From the human T2T-CHM13v2.0 reference genome, Homo sapiens: 64,000 nt of DNA. The number at the start of each line of letters is the position of its first letter. Position 1 is the stretch's first letter. The notes under the pieces are model-generated. The model did no database searches. It worked only from the letters and a program-made list of their open reading frames with translations, and was not told the DNA's origin. Shown here one piece after another: positions 31,995-45,933 of this stretch. The stretch is from the NCBI RefSeq assembly GCF_009914755.1, contig NC_060927.1; one strand, 5' to 3'. Both the position numbers and the translations under genes were made by a program.

Positions 31995-34753
31995 TTGTGT
32001 CTCATTCTAAACTCAAACTTTAGGGAAGCAAAATACTTTTAAATGATAACTTGGAAGAAAAGTCTGAGTCCTTGAAGGAAAGAACAAAAATAAAAGGGAG
32101 TATCTGGACTCAACTAGAGAACACTCATTAGGGGTTCTCTATATTCAGTAGTATACATATCTTTGTATATGTCTCTGTATATTCTGGCTTGGGTTTTTTA
32201 CCATCCTGTGATAAAATGGAATTATGATGCTTTATATGACAGGTTCTAAAATTTATCTTTGTAAAATAATTAACAGAAAAATCACTTTCTAGTATTTATT
32301 GAAAGAAAACTTATGTACTTGTTCGAAGCTTATTTTTCTTGCAGAGGTGTGGGCTATATAGGTCATGGAGTATTCTGGGCTTTATAACCTACTAAATTTA
32401 TAATAGACCCACTGGGAGGGCATTAATGAATATCTGGTGATTGAATGAGCCTCAATTGTGTACAGTTTTCAAGAGCTGTCCATTTTGTTGGCTGTTCGTA
32501 TACCTGGAGGCCCGCAAATCTAGGTCTGAACATCCCAGAGTTGTGTCTAGAGACCTCTTCGACTACGAGGCTCCTAGGTTGGAAACCTTCCCGAGTTTGA
32601 CAATCACCTTCATCTGGAGTTGTCAGCACCCTCCTAAGGGACCTGCTCATTTGGAAAATAGCTTAGCATCTGTGACAACCTGAAGAGCATAGACTTTTTT
32701 ATCCATTTTATTAAGATATGTTTAACATTCTTAAAGTACATATTTAATGTATACAACTTGGTAAGTTTGGAGATGAGTATATACCTGTGGAACCATCACC
32801 ACGATCTATGTCAAAAACCTATCCATCCAAAAGTTTCCTCCCACTTTCTTTCTTTATTGTTATTGTTGTTATTATTTGTGACAACATGGATAAACTTGGA
32901 GGACATTATTCTAAGTGAAATAAACCAGATATATAAGAAGCGTATCAATTTAAAAAAAAACTTTTAAGAGCTATACAGATGTGTGTGTTTTATTGTGAAG
33001 TGGTGTTTAATTTGTCTTAATTATTTTAAATTAGGATTAATCTTTTTAGTAATAATGTAGTAACTCTGCACTGACTCCTCAAAGTCATTTTGTGATAAGT
33101 GACTGTGATCTAAGTAATGGAGAAAAATTTCTAGACTGAAATATCTAGATCTTCATGTTATTACAGCAAATAAATAACTTTTGTGGTATTCATTTTAAAA
33201 GCAAGAGAGACTACCACTTGCCTTTGTTATTTGTTTTCCTTGACACCTACAGTCTTTTTATGAAATATTTGGTAGATTGATGTAGTGATTTATTTCCAGA
33301 TTTGGCTTTTCCCATAAATTACATTTATGGCTGATCTACTAGGCTTGGGACAACGCTTTCTAAAAATCCGTAAAGGATATACAACTTTTCCCCAGTGAAC
33401 AATTCTTTATGTTTTTTAATCATTGCCTGAAAAAGTACACATATTGTTAGTAGTGAGTATTACATAGTGACCTCGAATTTGGCTTTAAAAACATGCTGGC
33501 AAAGGTCCTAAGGGATAAAAGAGACTATAATAAACAGGTAGCAGGCATTTCAGCAGTTATTGTATTGAACTGCTTCTAGAGGAAGAGACCATTAAATTCA
33601 TTTCCATTGCCATTGCTGTAAACATGGAGGACTGCATAACCTGAAGTCAATACCAGCTCCATTGTTACCCAGTGGATTCATCATCATTTCCTATGACCAT
33701 ATTTTGTGATGTGCCTAAGCAGAAAAACTGAAAAGTTGTTCATGTGCTTCCTGGATGGAAACATTGGGTTTTGTTTGGTACATCTATAAACAGTTGCTAT
33801 CTTTCTATTGAATACATTAGTGGTACTCAATAAACATAAATGTACCATTTATGAGATGGCAAATATCCTAGCCCCAAGTAAGCATGAGTCAGGTTTGGGT
33901 TTGAGTATAGGACACTGATTCAAGGACACTGAGTGAGTTTAAAATAAAAACTGATAATATCTTGTTAGCACAACATGAGACTCTTTAGGAGCCATGACCC
34001 ACAGCACTGCAAAATCCTGTGTGAAGATTTCTGAAAGTTAGAAAGAGACCCTTGAAACATAAAACTCTGGACCTGGGGAAGAATCAAGAAAATCCCTGGT
34101 TCACCCATGGAACATGGATGTAGGGATTCCTAAGGCTCTACTCTCCCACATCTCAACGTCTCAGTCAGGAAAACAAAATTCACTCAGATAGGAAGGGGTT
34201 CAATAAGACTGCTTATGAAACTTTTGGACGAGGTGGTAGAGCAAAGAGCATAGATAGTTATCTGCACTATAGGAATTTCAGGCAGAAAGCTTAGAAGAGC
34301 AGGGGTAGTACTATTTGCCAGTAGCCCAAATCCAGAACATTATTTGCACCTACTTTTTCAACTGATTTGACAAAAATTATCACTTAAAAGCCTTCTGTTG
34401 TACAGCCCATCATTGTTTTCTGAGAAATTCTTTCTGATAATTTGCTGGAGGTAATCTCCTTCTCGTTACCAAATACCCATCACACATAACTGTCCTATTG
34501 TATTGCACTTATTTATGTTATGTTATTTCCTCTATTAAGATCCTTGAGGACAGCCTCTATAGCCCCACATACCTGTTTGAAAACATTACTTGTAATAATA
34601 GTAATATCAACTATTAAATCACCACCAGTCACCAAGCACTAGCTTCTTTCGTTTACTCACTCTTTAAATACCTATGACAAGCCTATGAAAAGTCATTGCC
34701 TGTTATAATTAGAAAGAAGACCCAAGAGAGACACCACTTAGTGACACAGTTGA

Positions 34754-35063
<310 letters not shown>

Positions 35064-36039
35064 TAAGCTAACAATTTAACTCCAGTTTGTCCAACACAAA
35101 ACCCATGCTTTTCTGATTTTGCCTCATTACTGTGATGTCAGAAAATTATGGAGTTAAATGATGACCAAAATGTTTTCATAAATATCTCTAGTAATGGAGA
35201 AATATCTCTCAAGCAGCCTATTTGGTTATGGGAAACTATTTCTTAAAAGGTAGTTGCTTACAGCAAATCTTATAGGGAATGGCACCCTTCTTCATTTGGG
35301 TGTGCTCCAGCGCCCACAGAGTATAGAAACTCTATCAAGAAGGAAGAGAACTGTCTTTTCTTTAGCAAACCTTTCTAAACAGCATAATCTGTCCACTGCA
35401 CTACTCCAAGGGACATCACTGACATGGATCATCATGTGATGATTCTGCCTTAAGCCAGCAATTAGAACTTACTAGGCATTTGATAAGTATTGACTGCTAC
35501 TGCTGCGATGCTCTAATACAAAAGGAAAGAAGTTAAAAAATTATTTAATAATCTGTGAGCCTACTTTGGGAAGTAATAATAAGTTTAACTACTTCCAGGC
35601 TGGTGTGAGGACTAAATGAGTTATTATATGGAACCACCTGTAACAATGCCTGGCACAAAATAAGCACTGAAGATGTATGAGTTTTTGCATTGATATTAAT
35701 TCTCATCAGACACAGACATATTTGTGGAAGATACAATGGGAACAAAGACATGGCCTCTGCCTTCAAAAGACTTTTTATTTTATTGTTCTCCTGAATTTTG
35801 TTGCCTCTGTAAGGAATGGGATTTCCCTCATTTACACTTTCTGAAGTCCATTGATACTACAACTGTGAAGAATTCTAGTCTTTCATTGAGAGGTGAGAAT
35901 ATAGGGTAGCCTACTTCATTCCATGATGTTTCAAAGAATAAGGAGAAAAGATCATATTTTCTTTCTGGGCTGCTATGATTATAAGGTATAAAGCCAGACA
36001 CTTGACACTAGTTTTATGGTTATTTTTTCTAAAGTTGTA

Positions 36040-36236
36040 CCTTCCAATATAACAACCAGACCCAAATGGCTATTTCAATGTAAACTTTCATTAATTCAAA
36101 TGTAAAAATCAGCTCCTCAGTCATACTGGCCACATTTCAAGTGCTCAATAGTCACATGTAGCTGGAGATTACCCTTTTGAACAGTGCAGATAGAGAACAT
36201 TTCTATCATTACATAGAGTTCTATTGCACAGCACTA
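36040..36236. mobile_element. MER3-like hAT remnant
   Basis: ccacatttcaagtgctcaatagtcacatg...cagtgcagatagagaacatttctatcatt...ttctattgcacagcact. Confidence 0.7.
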
Positions 36237-38281
36237 CCCTAAAGTGATAACAAGTCTAGCAAAAGTCTGAAGCTCCTATGGGATGCAGTTGCAAAGCTAG
36301 ATCTCTATCCTAGCTCAATATTCCAAATGACTGAATATAAGCAATAAGCCCTCTGGATTCAGGCAATTCCAGGAATAACATCAGAAAGACAATTGCCCAT
36401 TAAGTGTCTCTCATGAACTGATCATTTTTACTGCCTCTGCCAAAATAGATCACCTCACCCTGTTGTCCTTATTGAGTCTACCACAGTCACCCAGAGATAT
36501 AAAGTGATAGGAATGCTAGACACAAACTCAGTTAACTCCCAAACTGTATTAGCAATGGAAGCTGGGGCACAGACACATTGAAAAAGTACTGATATCAATC
36601 TGGACTATGGGAAAAAGGACATCAACTCTGAGTTCCAAGAATTTGCATGACCTTAAGAAAATTATGTACTCTCATGGAGCTTCAGTATTTATAGTTATAA
36701 CATGGAAGTATGATCAGTTGTTGAAAGAATAGAAATAAGCTAATGTGTGTAAAGCATATACCATAAAATTGTAAAAACCTAGAGGTGGAAAGAAGCAGAG
36801 ATGGTCATCTGAAACTGTGAGAAAATCATTTATTTAACCTGTGCCTTAACTCTTCTGCTTTCCAAGAAATAGTGTCCCATAATCAGATGGGCTGCTTGAG
36901 AGATGTTTCCCCAGACCAGAAATATTTATGAAAACACTTCGATCACCATTGAATTTCATAATTCTCTGACACTACAATAATGAGGCAACATCAGAAAAGC
37001 ATGGGTTTGGGGTTTAACAAACGAATTAAATTATTAGCTCAATTGAATTGTTGAGCTAAATTGTTATCATCTACTTTTCTTAGCTTTATTGAAATGATAA
37101 AGTGAGGTTATATACATGAAAGTACTTTCGAAATTTTCAAATAACATCAAAATATTTTTACTAGTTTTATCTCTTCAATGATGCTGGTTATTTTCGACAT
37201 CTATCTCATATGAATTATTGGTATAAATGTAAACAATATGTATAATAGATTTATGGAAAAATGAAAAATAATTACCCCAATGATGGTTATGCTATCTATT
37301 ATGCTTTATTTTATATGGGAAAACTTCAGATTAATACAAGAACTTAAGCTACCTCTTAACAACAATGAGCAGAAGTCAGAACAAACCAGTTTACATCTGG
37401 GGCCCAGATGTACAAAAGTCTCCCTGCCCCACCTTTCAAGGGGTTAGAAGCCTTTCCAGAAACAAAGAAAGTCATTAGTCCTTGGTCAGCAGTATTTTGC
37501 ATTTGTTAAGATAGCAAATTCAGTTTGACATTTTCTATTTATTTTTTCTAGCAGAGTTAGAGAGCTCAAGGATAATTTGGAAAATTGGTCTAAAGTGACA
37601 TCTGACCCATCTGCTGCTACAAATGTTGGACTGTCAGGGAAACCAGAGAACTGCCACAAGTCAAGGAGACATCATTTGAAAGTTTTGTTTCTCCTACTTT
37701 AAATAAAATAAAATATAAATAATTCCTGAATCTAGAATTAAAATGTGATTATTGCGAGTCACACATCAGTGTTAATTCTCTGGCATCCTATTAGTCTACT
37801 GGCTGATGTTACTCATACGCCTGTTCTTGTCACAGAAAGAAGATAAATGAAAAATGAAAGCCTTGCTAAGTGAAATGAAAAAGGTACCAGAGTCTAGGCC
37901 TTGGCCTTTATTAACAGCTCAGAAACTTCATTCTAGTGGGGAAAAAAATTGCAAGGACTTAAAGTAGCACAAAAATGATCATCCGTATCAAAGGTACATA
38001 CTTATTGTTGATTAGAAGTTAGAGGTTTATTCTAATCTGCACAATCCAACCCTTGTTAAAAGAAGATTCTGAATTATATTGAAATGTTACATGGAAATAG
38101 GTTGTCAAGAATGCCAAAATCTTTCAGGGTTGGTGTTTAGGGAATTTTTATTACATCTACGTCCTCTTGTCACCCCCGGAAACTCACCGTTCATCACTTT
38201 CTACTAAATTGGTCCCATATGTGATTCCCTGCCTAGAGTGAACTACCTGAATTCATTCATTCATTCATTCATCTATCAATA

Positions 38282-38348
38282 AATCCAACCACCATTTATT
38301 CATCCATACCTCCTACAATCCATCCACCATTTATTCATCCATACTTCT
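38282..38348. repeat. 35-bp tandem duplication
   Basis: aatccaaccaccatttattcatccatacctcc / aatccatccaccatttattcatccatacttc. Confidence 0.85.
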
Positions 38349-39269
38349 TTTACTCATTTCCTTCTGATGTGTATCACTAGGTGCTAGTAATAAAACCACA
38401 TGCTAAAATAGCCCCTCTCCCCTAAGCCTTTCTTTTCCCTTGTCCCTGGGATTTATTGCAGGCAATTTAAATAGTTCATCTTCAGAGTTGAATTTTAGAT
38501 GGGAAAGCTGAACTTCACATTTTTTAAATCTTCTACTGATTCCCTAGCACATACCATCTAGTTTCTGCCCTGAGTTTTTTTTTTTTTCTCTCTCTCCACA
38601 AGCCCCCAGTACTGTTATTAATGAAACACGACTGTGCCCTCTATGTACAAAGAGGAGACTGGACTTCCATATAGACCTCTACATCCCCTTTCCTTAAATC
38701 ATGCACAGAGAAGCCATGAATTGTTGCTATTATTCTTTGCCCACAATAAGATCACAAATTCCTTTGAAAGTCAGGACCACACATTATTAGCCTCTTTGTG
38801 AAAGTGATAATGCCAAACACAGGCCTGTGAACTAGTAACCTAATAGACACATGCTGCATAAAATAAATCACAGGCAAAACTCAGCCCAAGACCAGCAAGT
38901 CCCCCTAACAAGGCCTACAGGTATTTGCCATAAGAACAGACACAAGGACTGAGTTCCTAGAGCAGAATTTCATGCAGGACTATGGGTGGCTCAGAGAACA
39001 GAATGATGATCAAAACAGAAAAACCATAAGCCAGACCTCTGGATATGATGAATAAACTTTTAACACTTAATATTGTCAGGCAATTACCCCAGCTCCTCAG
39101 GAATGCTTCTCTCATTGTCAGAAACCCAAACTCAGATTCATGGTCTTTCCCCCAAAGCAGTGTTCTTAACCTTGGTGACAATATTAACATGCATTCAGCT
39201 GTAAGTCAGAATATCTGAGAGTTGCTCCTAATATTTATCTCTCCCTCCTCATCAACCCACTACACACCC

Positions 39270-40595
39270 CAATCTCTCACCAACGCTAGCCAGTTCCACC
39301 TTTTGGCTACCTCCCCAGCATGTTCCTCATGGCCCTGTCTAGGCTGCCACCACCCTAGTTCATGCTATTAACATCCCCTACCCAGATTACTCCAATAATC
39401 TCCCATCTTGTCTATCCCCCTCCACTCTTGCTCCCGCTAACCTACTCTCCCTACAATATCCACAGTGATCTTCTTAAAATGAAGATCTGACAATAGTTTT
39501 GCCCTACTTAATGCCTTTCTATGGCTTCCTATTGCTCTCTTTGGAAAATGTCAATCCTTAATTGGTCTGAGCATCTCCAAATGAGCCCACTCCTCTTCAC
39601 CCTTGTTACAAAATGCCAGTCTTCCTTCTCTCACTGCTGTCCTCAAGGTCCTTCAACAGGCTGTGTTTCTTCCCATGCCAGGACCTTCATAATTCTGGTC
39701 TGGAGATTAGACAAGATGACTGCTAACGTTTACCCTTCTCTGCGTATATGAATGAGGTGGAATGGGAAGGCCAAAATCAGGATTTAGCTACCACCTGGCT
39801 CTAAGGAAGAGAATAACACTACCAGGAGCTACAGCATCACCTGCACCATGATCTACATTGAGCTTAGAAAGTTTAAAATGTTGTTTTTGTGTCCCACCTC
39901 CTCCCTCCTTTTATTTCCTCAGTTTTCATTTTACTTAAAACAAAGATTTACTCCACCTGTGCCTGTCACATATTACTTCTGAAATTATCTCCATTCCTTT
40001 CTTCCTTATTCTGCTTCCCAAAGGTCCTTTCTGACCCCATTCTTAAAAGCCCTGTTATCCGTTTCCCAAAGTAAACTGATGAAGTAGAAAGAATGTGGAG
40101 AATGATAAAATCAGGGTTATTGAGCCTCAAATACTGAGCTCACCTTCCAGCTCTTCTACATACAGGCTCTTGGCTACTAAATATATCACTTTTCCCTCAT
40201 ACTCTACATTTTATTGTAAAGAACCATTTTTATTTGCCTTATTAAGTCCTCTATGTTCCCAAGGCTCTCCCATGTTGTTTTTCCTGCCAGGATCATTGTT
40301 CCATTGTCCCTTTTGCCTGCTCTACTCATCTCATTTTCTTACTTTTGATGATCACTCCCTAAGGAGTTCTCTTAACCCCTAAGTCTATGTTGGCTGCCCT
40401 TGTGTGCTCTTGGCATTCTCCACGTCCCTTATCAGGGCACTTACCACACATGACAATTACCTTCTTTAAAATTCACTTTCCCTCCTTAGCCTTCAACTCC
40501 GAGAGGGCAAGAGAGATAAACATCTTATTCACAGTTGTATTCCCCAGGTCTTGGTGCCATGCCAGAATAAGTAGTCAATACATGTTAACTGAACA
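39270..40595 (+). mobile_element. Scattered L2 fragments
   Basis: Pyrimidine-rich L2 3'-region text (ggcttcctattgctct; gttgtattccccagg...agtcaatacatgttaactgaa); boundaries rough. Confidence 0.45.
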
Positions 40596-42358
40596 CAAAT
40601 GCCAAAGGGAGACTATATTCACTCACCTATAAACTCTACAGAGTTGTTGTAGAGATTAATTCATTTTATATTTAAATATTCCAAGTGCAGGGTCTGGTAC
40701 AAAATAGCTATGCAGTTTTGTCTAGCAAATAGCAACGGCTCAATAAATATCATTAATTCATGTACCCACATGTATTTACGGCTACCAGCAGTCAAATTTA
40801 TTATTCCCTTTACAATAACGTATTTTAAATTGATATATTCCCTTTTGGAAACACAAAGCCTTAATTCACTGGACAGAATTGAGGTATCGTGGCAGGCGAT
40901 CAGTTTAACATCAAGACAGGTAGCCTCTTCACCCTTGGAGCGCAGCACAGTGGACACACATCTGTTTCTGTCTACCTGGGATCAGACTTTGCCAGATATA
41001 TTTCCTGAAGTTACCAAAGTAGGGGTAGACCTTCCTGGTGTGAATGGCAGGGACCCTGGAAAAGCTCCTGGTACAGCTGCAGCACCCATTGGAATGCCAC
41101 CGGGATGAGGGGAAAGGGAAATAACGAAGAGTCAGTGACAGTAGAAATTCATCATGTGACAGGCATGCTAATTCTGCCATCACTGAGTATTCTTGTCCTT
41201 TGTATTTTCATTTGCCCCATTCCTTCCTGTTCCATCCTGGCATTACCAGCTTCCCTCTCTTTCACAGCCTGGTCCTCCTTGCTGACTATATTTGCCCATC
41301 AAGCAACTGTGATCTTGACCAAATCAGTGGCATGCAATGAAGGAGAGAAGCTGATTGGGCAGTAAGCTCCAGCTCTCCTAAAGAAGCTGACTGCTTCATT
41401 TGCAGTCCACTGCCTCTCTGGCTTCTCCCCTCGTTACTTCTCCCACCAGCTGTTCTCTCCTTCCCTCAAGCCTCCCCCCAGCTGCCTTTTAGCTTCCTCT
41501 TCTACTAATCCTCTATTTCCTCCTCCCTGTTATTGCTTTCCTTCAATCCTTTTCTCTCTGACACCCATTTTCATTTCAAATGCTATGTGGTAGACACATT
41601 GGACAAGATGGCAGAGAAAAAGATAAATCTAGCAGCAGCAAAAAGTATAACACTATGCCTTTTCTTTTCCCTATCTCTTTCCAGGGTTCTGAAAATAAAT
41701 CACCTGTCTTGTTTCCACTTAAAGTTAGCATAATAACACAGTCATTGCCTAAAAGTGAAAACTTATCATTCTAAAAATTATATCTTAGCCAATTTTAGAA
41801 TTAGAATCATGTCTTTTCTTAAAGAAAGGCTACATAACAAATAGCATCTAGCCATAATAATTTCTCACCCTTTTAGAAATTAAAGGAAGAGAAGCCTTGA
41901 TCTGCCTCAATTGTTACATCCTTTTATATGTGGCTCAGAAACAAGAAAATTATAGCCAGGACCTGCAGAATAATTTCTTGTTGATTCCTGTCCCTCCACC
42001 CATCTATATGAGTTTCAGGAAGACCAGGTGGGCTACCATTCCAGGGAGATCAGAGGTGTCACTGATAACAGTGTTTAAAGACTGGAGACCAAGCCTGAGT
42101 AAAAGAAATGCTTATATAAAGTAGCAAGGCATGAAGCAGACAGAAAGATAAGCTAGTTCAGTCATTTCCAAAGTGTAATCCCTGGACCAAGAGTCTGACC
42201 ATTCATCACCTGGGAACATGTTAGAAATGCAAATCCCCAGCTCCCATCCAAGACCTACTGAGTCAGAAACTGGTTCTGTGACTCATTGAGAACTCCTCAT
42301 CTGGAGAAATCGAATAAGGTTTCATTTGCAGATGTAATTTTAAAATGAAGCTGAGCAA

Positions 42359-42540
42359 TTAGCTGGACGTGGTGGCGAGTGCCTGTAATCCCAGCTACTT
42401 GGAAGGCTGAGGCAGGAGAATCACTTGAACCCGTGAGGCGGAAGTTGCAGTGAACTGAGATCGCGGCCATTGCACTCCAGCCTGGGTGACAGAGTGAAAT
42501 TCCGTCTCAAAAAATAAAAATAAAAACTAAAATAAAAAAT
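42359..42540 (+). mobile_element. 5'-truncated Alu (right monomer)
   Basis: ttagctggacgtggtggcg...gacagagtgaaattccgtctc plus tail; TSD aaaatgaagctgagcaa / aaaattaagctgaacaa. Confidence 0.88.
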
Positions 42541-44344
42541 TAAGCTGAACAAATAATTATGCTTTAAAATGACCACAGAAAGAGAGATTAATGCAAACAA
42601 GGCCTTTTTCGCATACATTTGTGTTCTGAGCTTTTATACCTCTACTTTGATCCTTTATTTTATAAAGGTGATTGCTTTACTATTTTTTAATTCATGATGA
42701 TATGTTTAGTCACAATCTACTCTGATGCAACAATTTTCTGATAAAAACTCTTATAATTTGATTTGTTATTTTTCTTCCTTTTGCCTTGTAGCATCACTGC
42801 ATACATTCGGTGCTATTTTTTGGTTGTTGTTATTATTCATCTTTGATGAGATGAATTCCTCCTGGACCATTGGATGGAGGTTTTTGTCAAACAGGGGCTA
42901 TGGTCAGTATTCTTTCTTAGCAATAATTTTTCTTATGATGAAGCTTTAGATGTGAGTGCTTTTAATATTTATGTTTGCAGCCAACAGAGATGAACACCAC
43001 AGAGGTGACCACAAGGTGGACTCTTTCCCTTCCTCTCATTCATACTAATAGTTTGCTGCAAATATGACTTGTGATTTGCATCTTCTCTTAATCCTGCCTT
43101 CTCTGCCTCTTGCAACTTCACGTAAAACTGAATCCAGGGAAGGTCTTGCATTATCCTTTCCATCTATTTCATATTTAACCAACAGGGGATTATTGGTTTT
43201 AAGCCTCAGATTGTCCCATTACTTAAGAGAACAGATATATGTCAGTGTTGTCTGAGGTCTACAGCCACAGCCATCCTCTCTAGTACATTCTGACACCTTT
43301 CTTCTCGTTTAATTTTATACCATTTGGCAGCCTTTGTTTATATATCATAGTTTGTGGTTACCAAGACTTTTACTTTCATCAAATATACAGTGGCATATTT
43401 ATGCTTTTATTCTTTGTTGCTTTATGATGTTTTTCTGAAAGGAAAGTGAGAAATCCAGAATACTAGATCAACAAACAACAGGAAAACATGTCCAGCAGAT
43501 TTCATCTTCTCTCCATCTAGGTTATCTGCTTTCTATTCCCATATCTTTAATCCAGACTCTTCACTTCTCACCCGGACTTTGCAGTGCCTCTTAACTGGTC
43601 TCCCTGCCTACAGTTATGGCTTTTACCATCCTTTCTCTCAATAATGCCAAAGTAGTTTCTTTAAAGGTCTGAATTGTCAAATTAGGCTCTTGTTTAAAAT
43701 CATCTAAAGACTCCCTTTACCTTCCAGGACAAAGTTCAAATTTCTCTACTGAGCACCAAAGTCCATTCATGACTAATGAATTGCTTAACACTCTACTTGC
43801 ATTCTTTCATTTTTTATTAAATACCTGCTGTGTGTCAAAATGAACACAGAAAAAGCAATCATAAACAAAAAATATGTGCCCTGATGGAGCTTCTGATCTA
43901 GTGGAGAAGAAAGATATTAAATAAATAGATGCCTACATTTACATAATTCCAAATTATAATAAAAGCATTAAATGGTGAAGACAGGGTACTGTGAGCTGAA
44001 AAACCTGGTTGAGGGGAAACGTATGCCAATTACAGAGGGTTCAGAGTTTGTCAGTCTTCAGAAGTGACATTTGAGTCAAGACCTAAAGGATGACCAGGAG
44101 TGAGTTAGTAAGGTGAAGAGCCCAGTAAGGTATTCCAGGGAGAGCAAGACAAAGAGGCACCAGAGGAGCAGACTTTGAAAGGCAAAAGAACTTGGCATTT
44201 CCAAAATATCATTTCCCACAGGGATTTTCTCCAATCATATCAACCTCCTTGGAATTCCTAAGCTAGAAATATTTCAGGATTCAGTGTCATCATATGTGCT
44301 CAGATCTCTCCTTGGAATGTTCCTGGGATTCCTGTTTAACTTTT

Positions 44345-44741
44345 GTGTTAGTCTGTTTGCATTGGTATAAAGGAATACCTTGAGACTGGGTAATTTATAA
44401 AGAAAGGAGGTTTATTTTGGCCCACAGTTCTGTAGGCTGTACAGAAAGTGTGGCACCAGCATCTGCTTCTGCTGAGAGCCTCAGGAAGCTTATTATCATG
44501 GTGCAAGGTGAAGGGGGAGCTGCTACACATCACCTGGTAAGAGCTAGGGCACGAGAGAGGTGGGGGCAGGAGACAGGAAGTCCCAGACTCTTTTCATTAG
44601 CCAGATCTTGCATGAACTTATTACTGCTAGGAGGGCACCAAGCCATTCATGAGGGATCTGCTTCCATTAGGCCCACCTCCAACATTGGAGGTCACATTTC
44701 AACATAAGATTTGGAGGCGACAAAACATTCAAACCATATCA
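44345..44741 (-). mobile_element. MST-family MaLR solo LTR
   Basis: tgtgttagtctgtttgcattggtataaaggaatacc...gagactgggtaatttataaag...aaaccatatca. Confidence 0.85.
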
Positions 44742-44789
44742 TCTTTCAAATCTCAGCTCAGTCATTACCTTCTGTAGTAGACTGATGAT

Positions 44790-45275
44790 GTTGATGGCCC
44801 CAATTCTTTACTCTTATTGTGGACACCATGCTCAACCCACACTGAATTTGACTGTAGGCTCATCCAGGTGATATTCTCTGGAATGTGGGCAAATGTGATA
44901 CAAGCAAAGGTGTGAAAAGCACCTACACGTTGGGACCTGTTCTCTCACTTATTCTTGAACTTCTTCCTCCACTATGAGATCATGCCCAGGAAGCCAGATG
45001 GAAGGATGTGACAGAAACAAGGCAAAGAGTCAAAGCCATCCAGAGCAGTCAACATCCTGCTGTCCCCCAAACATGAGCAATCCCACAGCCAAGATCAGCC
45101 AAGCCACCTATCTGACCCTCATCTATGGTAGACATATAACTAAGTTGAGCTGAAACTAGCAGAACCACCCAACCAACCCTTACATTCATGAGCAATAATA
45201 AAGAGTGGCTGTTTAAGCACTGAATTTTGAGATAGTCTCTTAAGAAGCATCAATTTTGACAACAGTGAACTGATA
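44790..45275 (+). mobile_element. MLT1-like MaLR fragment
   Basis: Ends catgagcaataataaa...gctgtttaagcactgaattttgagatag...gaactgatac. Confidence 0.55.
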
Positions 45276-45487
45276 CCCCTAGTCTAAAAATATTTTGGAT
45301 CTACTAAAGCAAAATTAATTCTCCAGTCTTCAGTCTCATAGCACTTTGAATTTCTCTTTCATTGCATTTTTCTCATTTTGCCAAAATAACTGATTGGCTT
45401 GTTCAGCTCCACAAGGGTAGTGTTGTTACATAATTTTCCTTTGTTTCATCAAGAATTACAAATATCTCCATTCTGGCATGTAATAAG

Positions 45488-45933
45488 TGACAGAGCAGGA
45501 GTATTGCCATCTTGGACAAGCATGGTCATTCTAAAATTCAGCTTGATCAAAAACTGCCTAAATCCAAATGGCATTATCCTAATGGCTAAGGTCAGCATGA
45601 CAATAAACCACAAATAACATCTCTGACCAGATCCAAAACCCTCCCCAACCAGACACATGCCAGCCCCGAGATAACCTCCTGTCTGGCCAGAGAGATGTCA
45701 GCCCCAAGATAACCTCCCCTCTGACCAGAGACATTCCAACCCTGCCATAAACTTCTCCCCAACACAGAAAAATTCCAAGCTCTCTCACTAATAAATACTC
45801 TTAGTCTGTAAAAGAGAGCACTCCTGGCCAAAATTGGCCAGAAGCCCCTCTTAGATTTATTTTTCCAAAATAAACCTATCTTTGACTGTTAAGCTGCATA
45901 TCATGTTTCTTTCCTCTTTCTTTAACTCTTACA
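45488..45933 (+). mobile_element. Solo LTR (LTR47-like)
   Basis: TG...CA termini with a perfect 5-bp TSD ataag; internal short repeats (cagccccragataacctcc) and AATAAA. Confidence 0.85.

Noticed and set aside
37034-37059. Hairpin ttagctcaa-N8-ttgagctaa as a small RNA or terminator
   Set aside because: A 9-bp AT-rich stem in MIR-like sequence, too short for a pre-miRNA.
40710-41108. 132-aa + strand ORF as a host gene
   Set aside because: No recognisable domain, AT-rich low-information N-terminus, overlapping ORFs on both strands; compatible with chance.
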